A DNA stretch of 64,000 bases from an uncultured Planctomycetaceae bacterium (GTDB lineage Bacteria > Planctomycetota > Planctomycetia > Pirellulales > Thermoguttaceae). A program made the position numbers and the translations under genes. The notes under the pieces were generated by a model that was given only the letters and a program-made list of their open reading frames with translations, was not told the DNA's origin and did no database searches. Shown piece after piece: positions 44,098 through 53,584 of this stretch; position 1 is the stretch's first letter, and every line of letters begins with the position of its first letter. The stretch covers positions 22 through 64,021 of the forward strand of contig CAYYZY010000019.1 of NCBI GenBank assembly GCA_964475955.1, written 5' to 3'.

Positions 44098-46157
44098 CGG
44101 TCGCCCAGAGCCGCCTTGGCTTGGGCGACGACGTTGTCCGCGGTAATCCCGAAATGCTCGTACAGGTGCTTGAACGGGGCCGAGGCCCCGAAGCCCTGCA
44201 TGCCCACGAACCGACCGCAGCGGCCGATGTACTTCTCCCATCCCAAAGCGACGCCCGCCTCGACCGCCACGCGCGCCGTCACCTCGGGCGGGAGGACCGA
44301 GTCGCGGTAGTCGGCCGGCTGGGCGTCGAAAAGCTCCCAGCAGGGCATGCTCACCACGCGCGCCCGGATGCCCTCCGCAGCGAGCCGCCGGTGGGCCTCC
44401 ACGCAAAGCGACGTCTCGCTGCCCGTGCCGATCAGGATCACCTCGGGCTTGCCGTCGGCGGCGTCGGCCAGCACGTACCCGCCCCGCTGCAATCCGGAAG
44501 CGGGGGCGTAGACGGTGCGGTCGAGCGTCGGCAGGTTCTGCCGGGTAAGCACTAGGGCGGCGGGTCGGTCGGTCATCGGCAGGACGGCCCGGTAGGCCTC
44601 GGCCACCTCGTTCGCGTCGCCGGGCCGAATCACGGCCAGGTTGGGAATCGCCCTCAGGGCGGCCAACTGCTCGACGGGCTGATGCGTGGGGCCGTCTTCC
44701 CCCACGCCGATCGAATCGTGCGTGAAGATGTAGAGGACGGGGAGGCCCATCATCGCGCTAAGTCGCATCGACGGGCGCAGGTAGTCGGCGAACACGAAGA
44801 ACGTGCCGGCGTAGGGCCTCAGCCCGGAGAGGGCCATGCCGTTGGAGACGGCGGCCATGGCGTGCTCGCGGATGCCGTAGTGGAGGTTGCGCCCCGAGGG
44901 GTTGTCGGCGCCGAAGCTGCCGGCGTCGTCGAAGGTCAAGAGCGTCTTGTTCGAAGGGGCCAAATCGGCCGAGCCGCCCAACAGCCACGGGACCCGCGCG
45001 GCCACTTGGTTGAGCACCTTGCCCGACGAAGCCCGGCTGGCCACGCCCTTCTCGTCGGCCTCGAACGGGGCGATCTCCGCGTCCCATGCCTCGGGCAGCT
45101 CGCCGCGCCGGATGAGGTCGATCTCGGCGGCCTCGTTCGGGTACTTCGCCCGATAGTCGGCCAGCTTCGCCTCCCACGCCTCGCGGGCCCGGCGCCCGCG
45201 CGTGCCGATGCCCTCCTCGAAGTGCTCGACGACGCCGTCGGGCACGCGGAAGTGCTCGTCCTCCGGCCAGCCGTACGCCTTTTTGGCCAGGCGGACCTCC
45301 TCTTCGCCGAGCGGCGCGCCGTGGGCGCCGGCCGTGTCCTGCGCGTTCGGGGCCCCCCAGGCGATGTGGCTGCGGCAGATGATCAGCGTGGGCCGATCGG
45401 CCACCTCGCGGAAGGCCTTGAGGGAAGCCCGCAGCGCGTCCAGATCGTTGGCGTCGTCCACCCGGAGCACGTTCCAGCCGTAACCGGCGAAGCGCGTGGC
45501 CACGTCCTCGCTGAAGGCGAGCGAGGTTTCGCCCTCGATGGTGATCCTGTTGTCGTCGTAGACCCAACAGAGGTTCGCAAGCTTCAAGTGCCCGGTGATC
45601 GAGGCCGCTTCGCCGCCGACCCCCTCCATCAGGTCGCCGTCGCTGCACAGGGCGTAGACGTCGAAACCGAAAAGATCGAAACCCGGCCGATCGTACCGGG
45701 CGGCCAGCCAACGCGAGGCGATGGCCATGCCGACGCTGTTGCCAATCCCCTGCCCTAGGGGGCCGGTCGTCGTCTCCACGCCGCTCGTGTGGCGAAACTC
45801 GGGGTGCCCGGGGCAGCGGCTGTGAAGCTGGCGAAATTGGCGAATTTGCTCAAGCGAGATGGCCGGTTCATCCGTGGGCTGGCCATCGCCGTCCAACTGT
45901 TTCACGCCCGTCAGGTGCAGCATCGCGTAGAGCAACATCGAGGCATGCCCACAGCTCAGCACGAACCGGTCCCTGGCCGCCCAGTCGGGTCGGGCCGGGT
46001 CGTAGCGCAACTGCTCGTTGAACAGCACGTACGCCAGCGGCGCCAGGGCCATGGGCGTGCCCGGATGCCCGCTCTTGGCCGCCTGGACGGCGTCCATCGA
46101 GAGGGTGCGGATCGTGTTGATGACGAGGGATTCAGTGGTGTTCGTGGAGACGGACAT
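44094..46157 (-). CDS. tkt: Transketolase
   Basis: ATG 46157 within ORF 44094..47057, giving MSVSTNTTESLVINTIRTLSMDAVQAAKSGHPGTPMALAP. Also SCGHASMLLY, GEDGPTHQPVEQLAALRAIPNL, and 687 aa. Confidence 0.95.
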   Translation of the reverse strand: MSVSTNTTESLVINTIRTLSMDAVQAAKSGHPGTPMALAPLAYVLFNEQLRYDPARPDWAARDRFVLSCGHASMLLYAMLHLTGVKQLDGDGQPTDEPAISLEQIRQFRQLHSRCPGHPEFRHTSGVETTTGPLGQGIGNSVGMAIASRWLAARYDRPGFDLFGFDVYALCSDGDLMEGVGGEAASITGHLKLANLCWVYDDNRITIEGETSLAFSEDVATRFAGYGWNVLRVDDANDLDALRASLKAFREVADRPTLIICRSHIAWGAPNAQDTAGAHGAPLGEEEVRLAKKAYGWPEDEHFRVPDGVVEHFEEGIGTRGRRAREAWEAKLADYRAKYPNEAAEIDLIRRGELPEAWDAEIAPFEADEKGVASRASSGKVLNQVAARVPWLLGGSADLAPSNKTLLTFDDAGSFGADNPSGRNLHYGIREHAMAAVSNGMALSGLRPYAGTFFVFADYLRPSMRLSAMMGLPVLYIFTHDSIGVGEDGPTHQPVEQLAALRAIPNLAVIRPGDANEVAEAYRAVLPMTDRPAALVLTRQNLPTLDRTVYAPASGLQRGGYVLADAADGKPEVILIGTGSETSLCVEAHRRLAAEGIRARVVSMPCWELFDAQPADYRDSVLPPEVTARVAVEAGVALGWEKYIGRCGRFVGMQGFGASAPFKHLYEHFGITADNVVAQAKAALGDR

Positions 46158-46415
46158 GCTTGCGTGGAGCCTTCGTTGGATGGCGCACCTTAGAGGGGCA
46201 TGGCAAACCTCGCAAGAGCCACGCCCATGCGAATTACGGAGCCTGAAGTTTAGGGGGGAATGGTCGATGTCGCAAGGGACCGGGGGGTGTCGAAAGGGAG
46301 GAGGGGGGCTCGCCAAGGCGCCAAGGCGCGAAGCGGACGAGAGGACTGAATTGCCGGTTGTCGATCCCCCTTTACGATGGGGCGGATGGTGGCCGGAATG
46401 GATGGAGTTACCGCG

Positions 46416-46559
46416 ATGAAGAAACACGACTTGTTGGCGATGCTGGAACGACTCCCCGACGAGTTCGAGCCGGAGCGATTGATCGACGCGCTCTATCTGC
46501 GCGCGAAGATCGCGCGCGCGGAGGAAGCGATTGCCCGCGGCGACGTCCCCGCGCTGTAG
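46416..46559 (+). CDS. Small hypothetical protein, C-terminally truncated by a REP-like insertion (paralog of 61945..62178)
   Basis: MKKHDLLAMLERLPDEFEPERLIDALYLRAKIARAEEAIARGDVPAL. The stop codon TAG (46557-46559) lies inside the GTAG head of the REP doublet. Confidence 0.4.
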   Translation: MKKHDLLAMLERLPDEFEPERLIDALYLRAKIARAEEAIARGDVPAL

Positions 46560-46624
46560 GGAACGGCCTCTGTGCCGTTCCGCAATCCTCGCAACGGCGG
46601 AACGCCGCGGAGGGCGTTCCCTAC
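46556..46624. repeat. REPIN-like inverted doublet of GTAG-headed hairpins
   Basis: GTAG-GGAACGGC-ctctgt-GCCGTTCC (46556-46581), a 17-nt spacer, then GGAACGCC-gcggag-GGCGTTCC-CTAC (46599-24). Confidence 0.85.
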
Positions 46625-46654
46625 AGCTGGTGTTCGCCAACAGCGCACGGCCAC

Positions 46655-47920
46655 TCAGCGCCCCTCCAAATACCCCCGAATCGCCTTCGCCAAGTCTTCC
46701 CCGAGGGCCCGGGCGCTTTCGGCCGTGACGGGCGTGCCGGCGACGTTGGCGTAGGGGATTTCGATGGCCGTGCCGACCTCGACGCCCGAGAGCGAGGCGC
46801 TCCAGCGGGAGCACATTCGCGGCTCCTCGAGCGTGTTCCACTTCTGGCCCCAGGGGAGGTTGTGCTTGGGGTCGTGGACCAGGGGGCCGGTTTGGACCTC
46901 TTGGAGGATGCGGGAGAACCGCTGCTGGCGCTGCCACGTTTCCGGGGACGGGTTGCCGACGAAGAAGATCCGCTCGTTGCTGCTGGTGCCGTCGCCGCCG
47001 CCGCGGAGGTAAGGGCAGTGCATGTCGATGGCCACACGGAGCCGGCCCTGCGACCACCCGGGAACGAACTCCTTGAGCGCCCGCACGGAAGGGTACATCG
47101 GCTCGCCGAGGTAGTCGCGGTTGTGGTCGTGGGGCTTACGGTTTTTGCCCTGGTCGCCGTCCTCGACGCCGTCTTTGTCCATGAAGGGGACGACGAGCAG
47201 CTCGACGTGCTCGCGGAGCCAGCGCCCGTCGGGCTCCTCGGCCAACACGGCCTCCATCAACCCTTCGAGCGCCCAACTGGCCATCATCTCGCAGGCGTGG
47301 TGCCGGGCGGTGAGCAGCACGCGGTGGTCGGGCTCGCCGTCGAGCCTGCCCAGGCGGAGGCGATTCGTGTTCCGTCCCTTCTTCGTCGTGGCGTGGTGTT
47401 CGACCACGAGGTGCCGATCGCCCTCGTGGCGCGCGAGGAACTCGCGGAGATCGGCTTCCAGGTACGGAATTGCGAGGCAGAAGCGGACTTCCCGGGCGTC
47501 GGCCGGAAACGCGTAGGTGAACGACGCCCCCTCCATGCTCTCCGCCCCGAGCCAGCTCCACGTTTCCCCCCCATCGAGGCTCACGGCCGGTCCGCGCACG
47601 CCGAGCGGGTTGCCCTGCGTGAAATGGAAAACGAGCGTGCGGCCCGCGGCACCGCGGACGCGGAAAGCCCAGTAGAACCAGAAGCCGGGCGTATCGCGCT
47701 GGTCCTGGTGCAGGTAGACGTCGTCGCCCTCGATCCGCTCCAACACGATGTTCCCACCGGGGAAGTCGGCGTCGATCGCGGGGGGCGCCTCGTCCGCCTT
47801 GAGGCCGACCTGCTCGCCGGCGTGAAGCGTGGCGAGCCCGGCCGTCGTCGGTGCCGCGGCCACGGCCAAACAAAGAGCGAGGAAGACATGGTAGGGTAGC
47901 GGGGGATGGGTCATGAGCAT
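46655..47920 (-). CDS. M14-family zinc carboxypeptidase-like protein, secreted
   Basis: ATG 47920/47914 within ORF 46655..48229, giving MLMTHPPLPYHVFLALCLAVAAAP signal. LTARHHACEMMASWALEG (H-x-x-E zinc motif region) and VAIDMHC. Confidence 0.6.
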   Translation of the reverse strand: MLMTHPPLPYHVFLALCLAVAAAPTTAGLATLHAGEQVGLKADEAPPAIDADFPGGNIVLERIEGDDVYLHQDQRDTPGFWFYWAFRVRGAAGRTLVFHFTQGNPLGVRGPAVSLDGGETWSWLGAESMEGASFTYAFPADAREVRFCLAIPYLEADLREFLARHEGDRHLVVEHHATTKKGRNTNRLRLGRLDGEPDHRVLLTARHHACEMMASWALEGLMEAVLAEEPDGRWLREHVELLVVPFMDKDGVEDGDQGKNRKPHDHNRDYLGEPMYPSVRALKEFVPGWSQGRLRVAIDMHCPYLRGGGDGTSSNERIFFVGNPSPETWQRQQRFSRILQEVQTGPLVHDPKHNLPWGQKWNTLEEPRMCSRWSASLSGVEVGTAIEIPYANVAGTPVTAESARALGEDLAKAIRGYLEGR

Positions 47921-47999
47921 TTCTCGGTCGCAAGATCGTTTGAGGCCAAAATCACCTGCCGACGAATCGCGCATTCTGATGTAGACCGTGCTTTCAAGA

Positions 48000-50552
48000 C
48001 TATTCGCCGCCGCCTTCCGGGGGGGCGTCGTATCGCCTCTCTCCCTCGACGATCGCCTCGCGCATCGAGGCCTCCCTCTCCAGCCGGGCCCGGTACTTGG
48101 CCTCCTGCTCGATCTCGACCGGGCCGACGAGCTGGAAGTCGGGCATGTCGGCCCGGGGGCGCTGGGCCAGTATCGCGCGGCCCGACTCGATGATCGCCAG
48201 GGCTTCCCGGTACTTGGGGCCGCTCTCATCGGGCAGGTGGGCCAGGCAGGGGCTGAACTGCGGCCGCGTGAAGTTGACCTGGCCGGAGTGCTTGCGGTCG
48301 TTGAGGTTCAGGCCGACCAGTTTGCTGAGACGCCCGAGCTGCTTCGGGGCAAGGGGCGAGCGGCCGTAGAGGTGGTCGCGGTAGGCGCTCGCGTAGTCGG
48401 GGTAGTAGGGGGCGTTGACGTCGATCCAGGTGACGATCCGGTCGAAGGCCTCGGCGTCGAGGTCGACCTGCTCGTCGATCTCCTCGTCGCCGTGCCCCTC
48501 GAGCAGCACCTCGACCAGCGGGCTGGCGTGCGATCCCCAGCTCCTGGGCTGGAGCACCTGGTAGGGCCCGGCGCCGGGCACGCGCACGTAGCCCTTCGAT
48601 CGCAGCTCCTGGTACGAGGTGTTGAACACGAGCCCCAGGTCGCCGGCCAGGTTGAGCTTCTCTCCGCCTTCGGTTTCGTAGTCGTGGCACGCGACGCAGT
48701 GCTCGTCGAACACCGGCTGGACTTCGGTCAGGTAGTTGAACTTGCGGGGCGGACCGTGCCAGGGCTCGAGCTTGCTCGGCGCGCCGAGCACGGCCAGGCG
48801 CTTCCCGCTCGGGGGGATGCTCGCCCGACGGCTCTCGTGGCAGCCGACGCAGCCGGTCGTCTCGCCGGGACGGACGATCGTTCCGCTTCGCATCGACTGG
48901 ATCATCATGCCGCGCTGGTCGAGGAGCTGGAAGTAGACGAAGGTGTCGGCCGGCACGGCCAGGTAGGCGCTGCCGTCGGGTTCGACCGGCACGGTGCCCA
49001 GGATGCGCTTGTTGTTGAAGTCGTTCCAGGCCATGCCGGGTGCCTGCTGGCCGGTGCCGCCGTCCCAGGCCGGGCGGGTCCAGGTCCGTTTTTCGGGCGA
49101 CTCGACCACGCGCAGATACTTGACCGCGCCTCGCTCGACCCGCTCCATGCCGGTGCCCACGTAGACGTCGGCCAGGTAGAAGTAGCCCTCGGCCCGGGCC
49201 AGATCGATGCGCGGGGGTACGGCCGGGGGCCTGGGCCGCGGGGCCAGCGGGAGGGGGTCGAAGCAGCCGGGCGCCTCGGCGTGGACGAGGAGCACGTTGC
49301 CGAACACGTCGAGGAGCCAGAGGCCCATCTGCTCCCCCTTGCCCGTCATCCCCGAGCAGAGGAAGTGCTTGTCGGAGAGCGGGTACGGGTCTTCGTACTT
49401 GGGGCGGACCTTCTTGAACGTGTCGTAGTTGCCCACGCCCACGAGGTCGATGGCCTCGGGCGGCCACGTGCGCACGACGGGCGGCTTGAGGTCGATGCCG
49501 CGGCGCCGGTCGAGGATGGCGATCGCGCCCCAGGGGCGGTCGTGGCAGGAGCCGAACGTGGCGACGGCCCGGTCGGTGCCGGGGATGACGCGCGTGTCGA
49601 GCACGCCGCCGGGCGAGTTCGTGTTGTTGCCCCAATAGACGGCGTGGTTGGTCCCGTCGGGGTTGACGCTCCAGACGCCCTGGGCGTCGCCGAAGTTGCG
49701 GTCGACGTACTCCCAGCGGTCGTAGAGCACGCGGCCGTCGGGCGTTACGGTGGGGTGTCCTTCGTGGAGCGTGCTGTGCCCGACCTGCTGGAGGTTCGAC
49801 CCGTCGGCGTTCATCACGAACAGGTTGCCCATGATGTGCCGGTTGCACATGCAGTATTTCGGCTCGCGCGTGGAGACGAACATGATCCGCCCGTCGGGGA
49901 GCCAGATGGGGTCGATATCGGAGATGCCCGAGCCGAACGTCAACTGGCGAAGCCCCGTGCCGTCGGCCTTAAGCTCGCAGACGTGGTAATCGTCGTCCCG
50001 ATTGCGGCGCACGCTGGCGAGGATTCGGGCGCCGTCGAAGCGGACGTCCGGATCGCGAACGATTCCCTCGGGAAGCTCCAGCAGCGTTTTCACTTCGCCG
50101 CCGCGGGCGAGGTTGAGGGTCTTCAGGCACGCGCCGCCCTGGAAGCTGCCGGTGTTGATCTCGCCGGTCTGGAACATCGTGGCCGTGTTGTGATGGTCGC
50201 TCTTGTACTGCGGCCGGACGACGAAGAGGATCGGCTGCCCGGTGAGAAGCGGATTGGCCAAAAGGGCCTCTCGGCGGAGTGTTTCCAGCCTGGCGAGGAG
50301 TGCCTCGGACGGCTGGGCGGCGTCCCGGGCTGCACGCTCCAACTCTCCCAGCCGATCGAGATACCGGCCGCCTTGGGGATAGCGGTCGCCGAAGGTTTCC
50401 GTCAGATCGACGATCGCCGCGCGCAGCGCCGCGGCGCCCGGCAGGCCGGCCGCGCCCAGCCGGTTCGCGCCGGCGGCGACGACCAGCGCGGCAAGTCCCA
50501 AGATCAACCCCGCGCGAAACCAACGACCGATCCCCAGCGCGCTCAATCTCAT
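48000..50552 (-). CDS. TolB/PD40-like beta-propeller protein with two CXXCH motifs (PSCyt-like cytochrome-c segment)
   Basis: 850 aa with a signal/TM N-terminus. Repeated DG..i.F/DG..LY propeller-like strands. CVGCHESR, and VQPVFDEHCVACHDYETEGGEKLNLAGD (planctomycete cytochrome-c-like). Confidence 0.6.
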   Translation of the reverse strand: MRLSALGIGRWFRAGLILGLAALVVAAGANRLGAAGLPGAAALRAAIVDLTETFGDRYPQGGRYLDRLGELERAARDAAQPSEALLARLETLRREALLANPLLTGQPILFVVRPQYKSDHHNTATMFQTGEINTGSFQGGACLKTLNLARGGEVKTLLELPEGIVRDPDVRFDGARILASVRRNRDDDYHVCELKADGTGLRQLTFGSGISDIDPIWLPDGRIMFVSTREPKYCMCNRHIMGNLFVMNADGSNLQQVGHSTLHEGHPTVTPDGRVLYDRWEYVDRNFGDAQGVWSVNPDGTNHAVYWGNNTNSPGGVLDTRVIPGTDRAVATFGSCHDRPWGAIAILDRRRGIDLKPPVVRTWPPEAIDLVGVGNYDTFKKVRPKYEDPYPLSDKHFLCSGMTGKGEQMGLWLLDVFGNVLLVHAEAPGCFDPLPLAPRPRPPAVPPRIDLARAEGYFYLADVYVGTGMERVERGAVKYLRVVESPEKRTWTRPAWDGGTGQQAPGMAWNDFNNKRILGTVPVEPDGSAYLAVPADTFVYFQLLDQRGMMIQSMRSGTIVRPGETTGCVGCHESRRASIPPSGKRLAVLGAPSKLEPWHGPPRKFNYLTEVQPVFDEHCVACHDYETEGGEKLNLAGDLGLVFNTSYQELRSKGYVRVPGAGPYQVLQPRSWGSHASPLVEVLLEGHGDEEIDEQVDLDAEAFDRIVTWIDVNAPYYPDYASAYRDHLYGRSPLAPKQLGRLSKLVGLNLNDRKHSGQVNFTRPQFSPCLAHLPDESGPKYREALAIIESGRAILAQRPRADMPDFQLVGPVEIEQEAKYRARLEREASMREAIVEGERRYDAPPEGGGE

Positions 50553-50672
50553 GGCGGTTCCTCGCGTTCCCCCTGTGTGGCAGGTTTCGCAATGGCCCGA
50601 CCGGCGGCCCGGGCGCGGCGTCCATTATATCCCAGATCGTCGCGGATTGCTGGGAGCCGCTGGGCCGTGGGG

Positions 50673-51461
50673 TCAATGCCACGTGACCGTCACCGGCTCG
50701 CCGACTTGAGCGTCGAGCGACCGGGCCGCGCTTGCGCCGACGATTGCCAACTCGAGCCGGCCGGTGGAGCCGACCAACGCGATGAGGGCGCCGGGCCGCC
50801 GGTCGCCGTACGTGGTCGAGACGCCGTCGATTTCCCGGCCCGCGCATTGGATGCGGATGCGCCGCCCCGCGGGCACCTTGGCGAGCATGACGGCGGAGAC
50901 GTTGGTGACGACGTTGCCGAACGAGTCGACGTCGAGCACCTGGCCGGCGATTTGCCCGGGCGTGGCGACCGGCTCCGGCCAGTCGAGCATCACGAGGCTT
51001 TCCACCGCCGGGCCGAGCTTCGCCGGATCGAGTCCCCGGCTGAGATGGCCGGCGACCGGCGCCATGACGTCGCGTCCGTGAAAGGTCGCCGAGACCGGCT
51101 CGAGCCAGTATTGCGGCTCGGTCAGTCGCCGGAGCCGTGCAGGAGGCGTGCGACGCGCGAGTCGCGAAAGCAGGCCGTTATCGGGGGCAACGTAACGGTG
51201 CCCGTCGATCTCGGCGTAGAGAATCGCCCGATCCGTGCCCACTCCCGGATCGACCACGGCGACGTGAATCGCATCCTCGGGCGGGAAGCGAGGGGCGACG
51301 TCGTCGAGCACGAGGGCGGCGTGGCGCACGTCCTGCGGGCGCACGCTGTGGGTGATATCAACCAGCGTGGCGGCCGGGTTGATCGAAAGGATCACCCCCT
51401 TCATAGCCGCCACGTACGGGCTGCCGGTGCCGAAGTCGGTCGTGAGGGTGATGATGGTCAC
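50673..51461 (-). CDS. SAM hydrolase / SAM-dependent halogenase family protein (DUF62)
   Basis: The GTG start overlaps the gatB stop (GTGA). MTIITLTTDFGTGSPYVAAMKGVILSINP..LVDITH is the family N-terminal signature. Confidence 0.85.
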   Translation of the reverse strand: MTIITLTTDFGTGSPYVAAMKGVILSINPAATLVDITHSVRPQDVRHAALVLDDVAPRFPPEDAIHVAVVDPGVGTDRAILYAEIDGHRYVAPDNGLLSRLARRTPPARLRRLTEPQYWLEPVSATFHGRDVMAPVAGHLSRGLDPAKLGPAVESLVMLDWPEPVATPGQIAGQVLDVDSFGNVVTNVSAVMLAKVPAGRRIRIQCAGREIDGVSTTYGDRRPGALIALVGSTGRLELAIVGASAARSLDAQVGEPVTVTWH

Positions 51462-52996
51462 ATCTTCTCAATCAGCTCCAGGCAAATCTCCCGCACGCGG
51501 CCCGGGTTGACGTTGGGGTTCTTCTTCTTCGCCTGGCCGATCAGCGCCCCGGCGGCCTTCAGCTTGCCGGCCTTCACTTCGGCTACGACCTTGGGGTTGG
51601 CCTCGAGCAGTTCCCGGCAGAGCGACTCCAGTTCCGACTCGTCGACCTCGGCGATCCCCAGCGCTTCCATCGCCTGATCCACCGAGCTGTGCGACCGGAT
51701 CATCTCGGCCAGCACTTCGCGGCCCCGGGTGGTGGGCATCTTGCCGGCGAGCACTTGGCGGATCAGCCGGGCCAGCTCGTCGGCCGGCACGGCGAACCGG
51801 TCGATGCCGATTTGCGCTTCGTTGAGCGCCTGGAAGACCGACTGCTGCATCCAGTTCGAGGCCGCCTTGCCCTCGCCGCAGGCCCGGGCCACGCGCTCGT
51901 AGTAGTCGACCAGCGCGCGGCCCTGGTTGACGAGCACGTCGCTGTCGTAGGGCGGGATTCCGTAGACCTCCTCGAGCCGCGACCGCAACCGGGCGGGCAG
52001 CTCGCCCAGCGAACGGCGGACCCGGTCGATCCCTTCGCCGGCGGTGGTGACCGGCAGCAGGTCGGGCTCGGGAAAGTAGCGGTAGTCGCTCGATTCCTCC
52101 TTCGACCGCTGCGCCCGGGTGATCTGGGCGGCTTCGTCCCACCCGCGGGTCTGCTTGGGGGCCTCGCCCAGCCGCCGGCCCGACTCCCGCCACACCTCGT
52201 ACTGCCGCTCGGCTTCGTAGGCCAACGCCCGCTCCACCGACCGGAAGCTGTTCATGTTCTTCACTTCGACGATGGGCGTGGGGACCGTGCCCTGGGGCGT
52301 GTCGACGTGGAGGTTGACGTTGGCGTCGACGCGCAGGCTGCCCTCCTGCATGTTGCAGTCGGAAACGCCCAGGTAGTTCAAAAGCAGCTTCAGTTCCGTC
52401 AGGTAGGCCTTGGCCTCGGCGGGGGATCGCATGTCGGGGTGGCTGACGATCTCCATCAGCGGCGTGCCGGTGCGGTTCAGGTCGATGCGGCTGTCGGCCT
52501 TGCCGGCCTGCTCGTCGTGCATGCTCTTGCCGGCGTCTTCCTCCAGGTGCACCCGGATGATGCCGATGTCCTTCGGCTCGACCTCCCCCTTGGCGTCGCT
52601 GATGGGCAGGTGGCCTTCCGAGCCGAGCGGCAGATCGAACTGGCTGATCTGATAGCCCTTGGGAAGGTCCGGGTAGTAGTAGTTCTTCCGGTCCCACTTG
52701 GTGAACTTGGCGATGGTGCAGTTCAGCGCCAGGGCCGCCTTCACGGCCAGTTCGTACGCCCTGCGGTTCATCACGGGCAGCACGCCGGGCATGCCGATGC
52801 ACACGGGGCATGTCTGCGTGTTGGGCGGCGCGCCGAACGCGGTCGAGCACCCGCAAAACAGCTTGCTCTCGGTGAGCAATTGGACGTGGACTTCCAGGCC
52901 GATGATGATTTGGTAGGGTTGAGTCACGGTAGGGATCACAGGCTCAAGTTGGTTGATTCGATGTCGCGGCGAAGTGACGCGAGCGGGCTTCGCCAC
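51458..52996 (-). CDS. gatB: Asp/Glu-tRNA amidotransferase subunit B
   Basis: YQIIIGLEVHVQL, CPVCIGMPGVLP, NRKNYYYPDLPKGYQISQ, and the C-terminal YqeY-like GKLKAAGALIGQ. The start is uncertain (GTG 52996, or an internal GTG at about 52939/52927). Confidence 0.93.
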   Translation of the reverse strand: MAKPARVTSPRHRINQLEPVIPTVTQPYQIIIGLEVHVQLLTESKLFCGCSTAFGAPPNTQTCPVCIGMPGVLPVMNRRAYELAVKAALALNCTIAKFTKWDRKNYYYPDLPKGYQISQFDLPLGSEGHLPISDAKGEVEPKDIGIIRVHLEEDAGKSMHDEQAGKADSRIDLNRTGTPLMEIVSHPDMRSPAEAKAYLTELKLLLNYLGVSDCNMQEGSLRVDANVNLHVDTPQGTVPTPIVEVKNMNSFRSVERALAYEAERQYEVWRESGRRLGEAPKQTRGWDEAAQITRAQRSKEESSDYRYFPEPDLLPVTTAGEGIDRVRRSLGELPARLRSRLEEVYGIPPYDSDVLVNQGRALVDYYERVARACGEGKAASNWMQQSVFQALNEAQIGIDRFAVPADELARLIRQVLAGKMPTTRGREVLAEMIRSHSSVDQAMEALGIAEVDESELESLCRELLEANPKVVAEVKAGKLKAAGALIGQAKKKNPNVNPGRVREICLELIEKM

Positions 52997-53014
52997 GCTG
53001 AAGCGGCCCCACTC

Positions 53015-53362
53015 TCACAATGCCAAGGTGCAGCGCAGAGCATCATCGACCAGGTGCATGTCGGAGCAGCGCCCGATTACCCGGTCGATCTCGGTCTCCA
53101 GAACCGTAGCCAGGTTGTCCGCCATCACGACGGAATCGGTGCGCAATCCCATTTCCCTCCCTTCCGGGGATGCCCGGGTTACTTCCACGCGGCTCGGATG
53201 CCCGGCGCGTCGCAGATTGCTGGTAATCATCGCAACAATGGTCTGCGACAGTCCCGTCATCAACTCGTCCGCCTGAACTACCAGCGCCGGCCGCCGCTTG
53301 GCGGTGACCAGGTTAGAGTCCGGGAACAGGACGAGCACCACGTCACCGCGACGGAGGTTCAT
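53015..53362 (-). CDS. PemK/MazF-family toxin (mRNA interferase)
   Basis: ATG 53362 within ORF 53015..53467. MNLRRGDVVLVLFPDSNLVTAKRRPALVVQAD...SVVMADNLATV. Confidence 0.8.
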   Translation of the reverse strand: MNLRRGDVVLVLFPDSNLVTAKRRPALVVQADELMTGLSQTIVAMITSNLRRAGHPSRVEVTRASPEGREMGLRTDSVVMADNLATVLETEIDRVIGRCSDMHLVDDALRCTLAL

Positions 53363-53582
53363 CGTAGACGTCCATTTCCGGGCGCTGCCAGTCCTCGGCA
53401 AACGACGCGAGTCGTCGGCGCAGATCGCTGGCTTGTTCTGGGTCGATACCGCGCTGGGCGAGGTCAACCGATCCGTCCTCTGTGAGGAACATCACGAGGA
53501 CCGGCCCTTCGGCTCCTTCCGGTGCCGGCTCAAGCAATTCGATCTTGCCGTCGCGGTAGACGCCTTGGACAGACTTTCGCAT
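53343..53582 (-). CDS. Putative antitoxin (DUF104/AF2212-like small protein)
   Basis: ATG 53582: MRKSVQGVYRDGKIELLEPAPEGAEGPVLVMFL... It overlaps the MazF start by 20 nt. Confidence 0.6.
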   Translation of the reverse strand: MRKSVQGVYRDGKIELLEPAPEGAEGPVLVMFLTEDGSVDLAQRGIDPEQASDLRRRLASFAEDWQRPEMDVYDEPPSR

Positions 53583-53584
53583 GG

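Noticed and set aside
47988-51677. 1229-aa plus-strand ORF
   Set aside because: It is antisense to the propeller/CXXCH gene, the SAM hydrolase gene and the gatB 3' end. It has low-complexity Gly/Arg/Ala/Val composition and no motifs.
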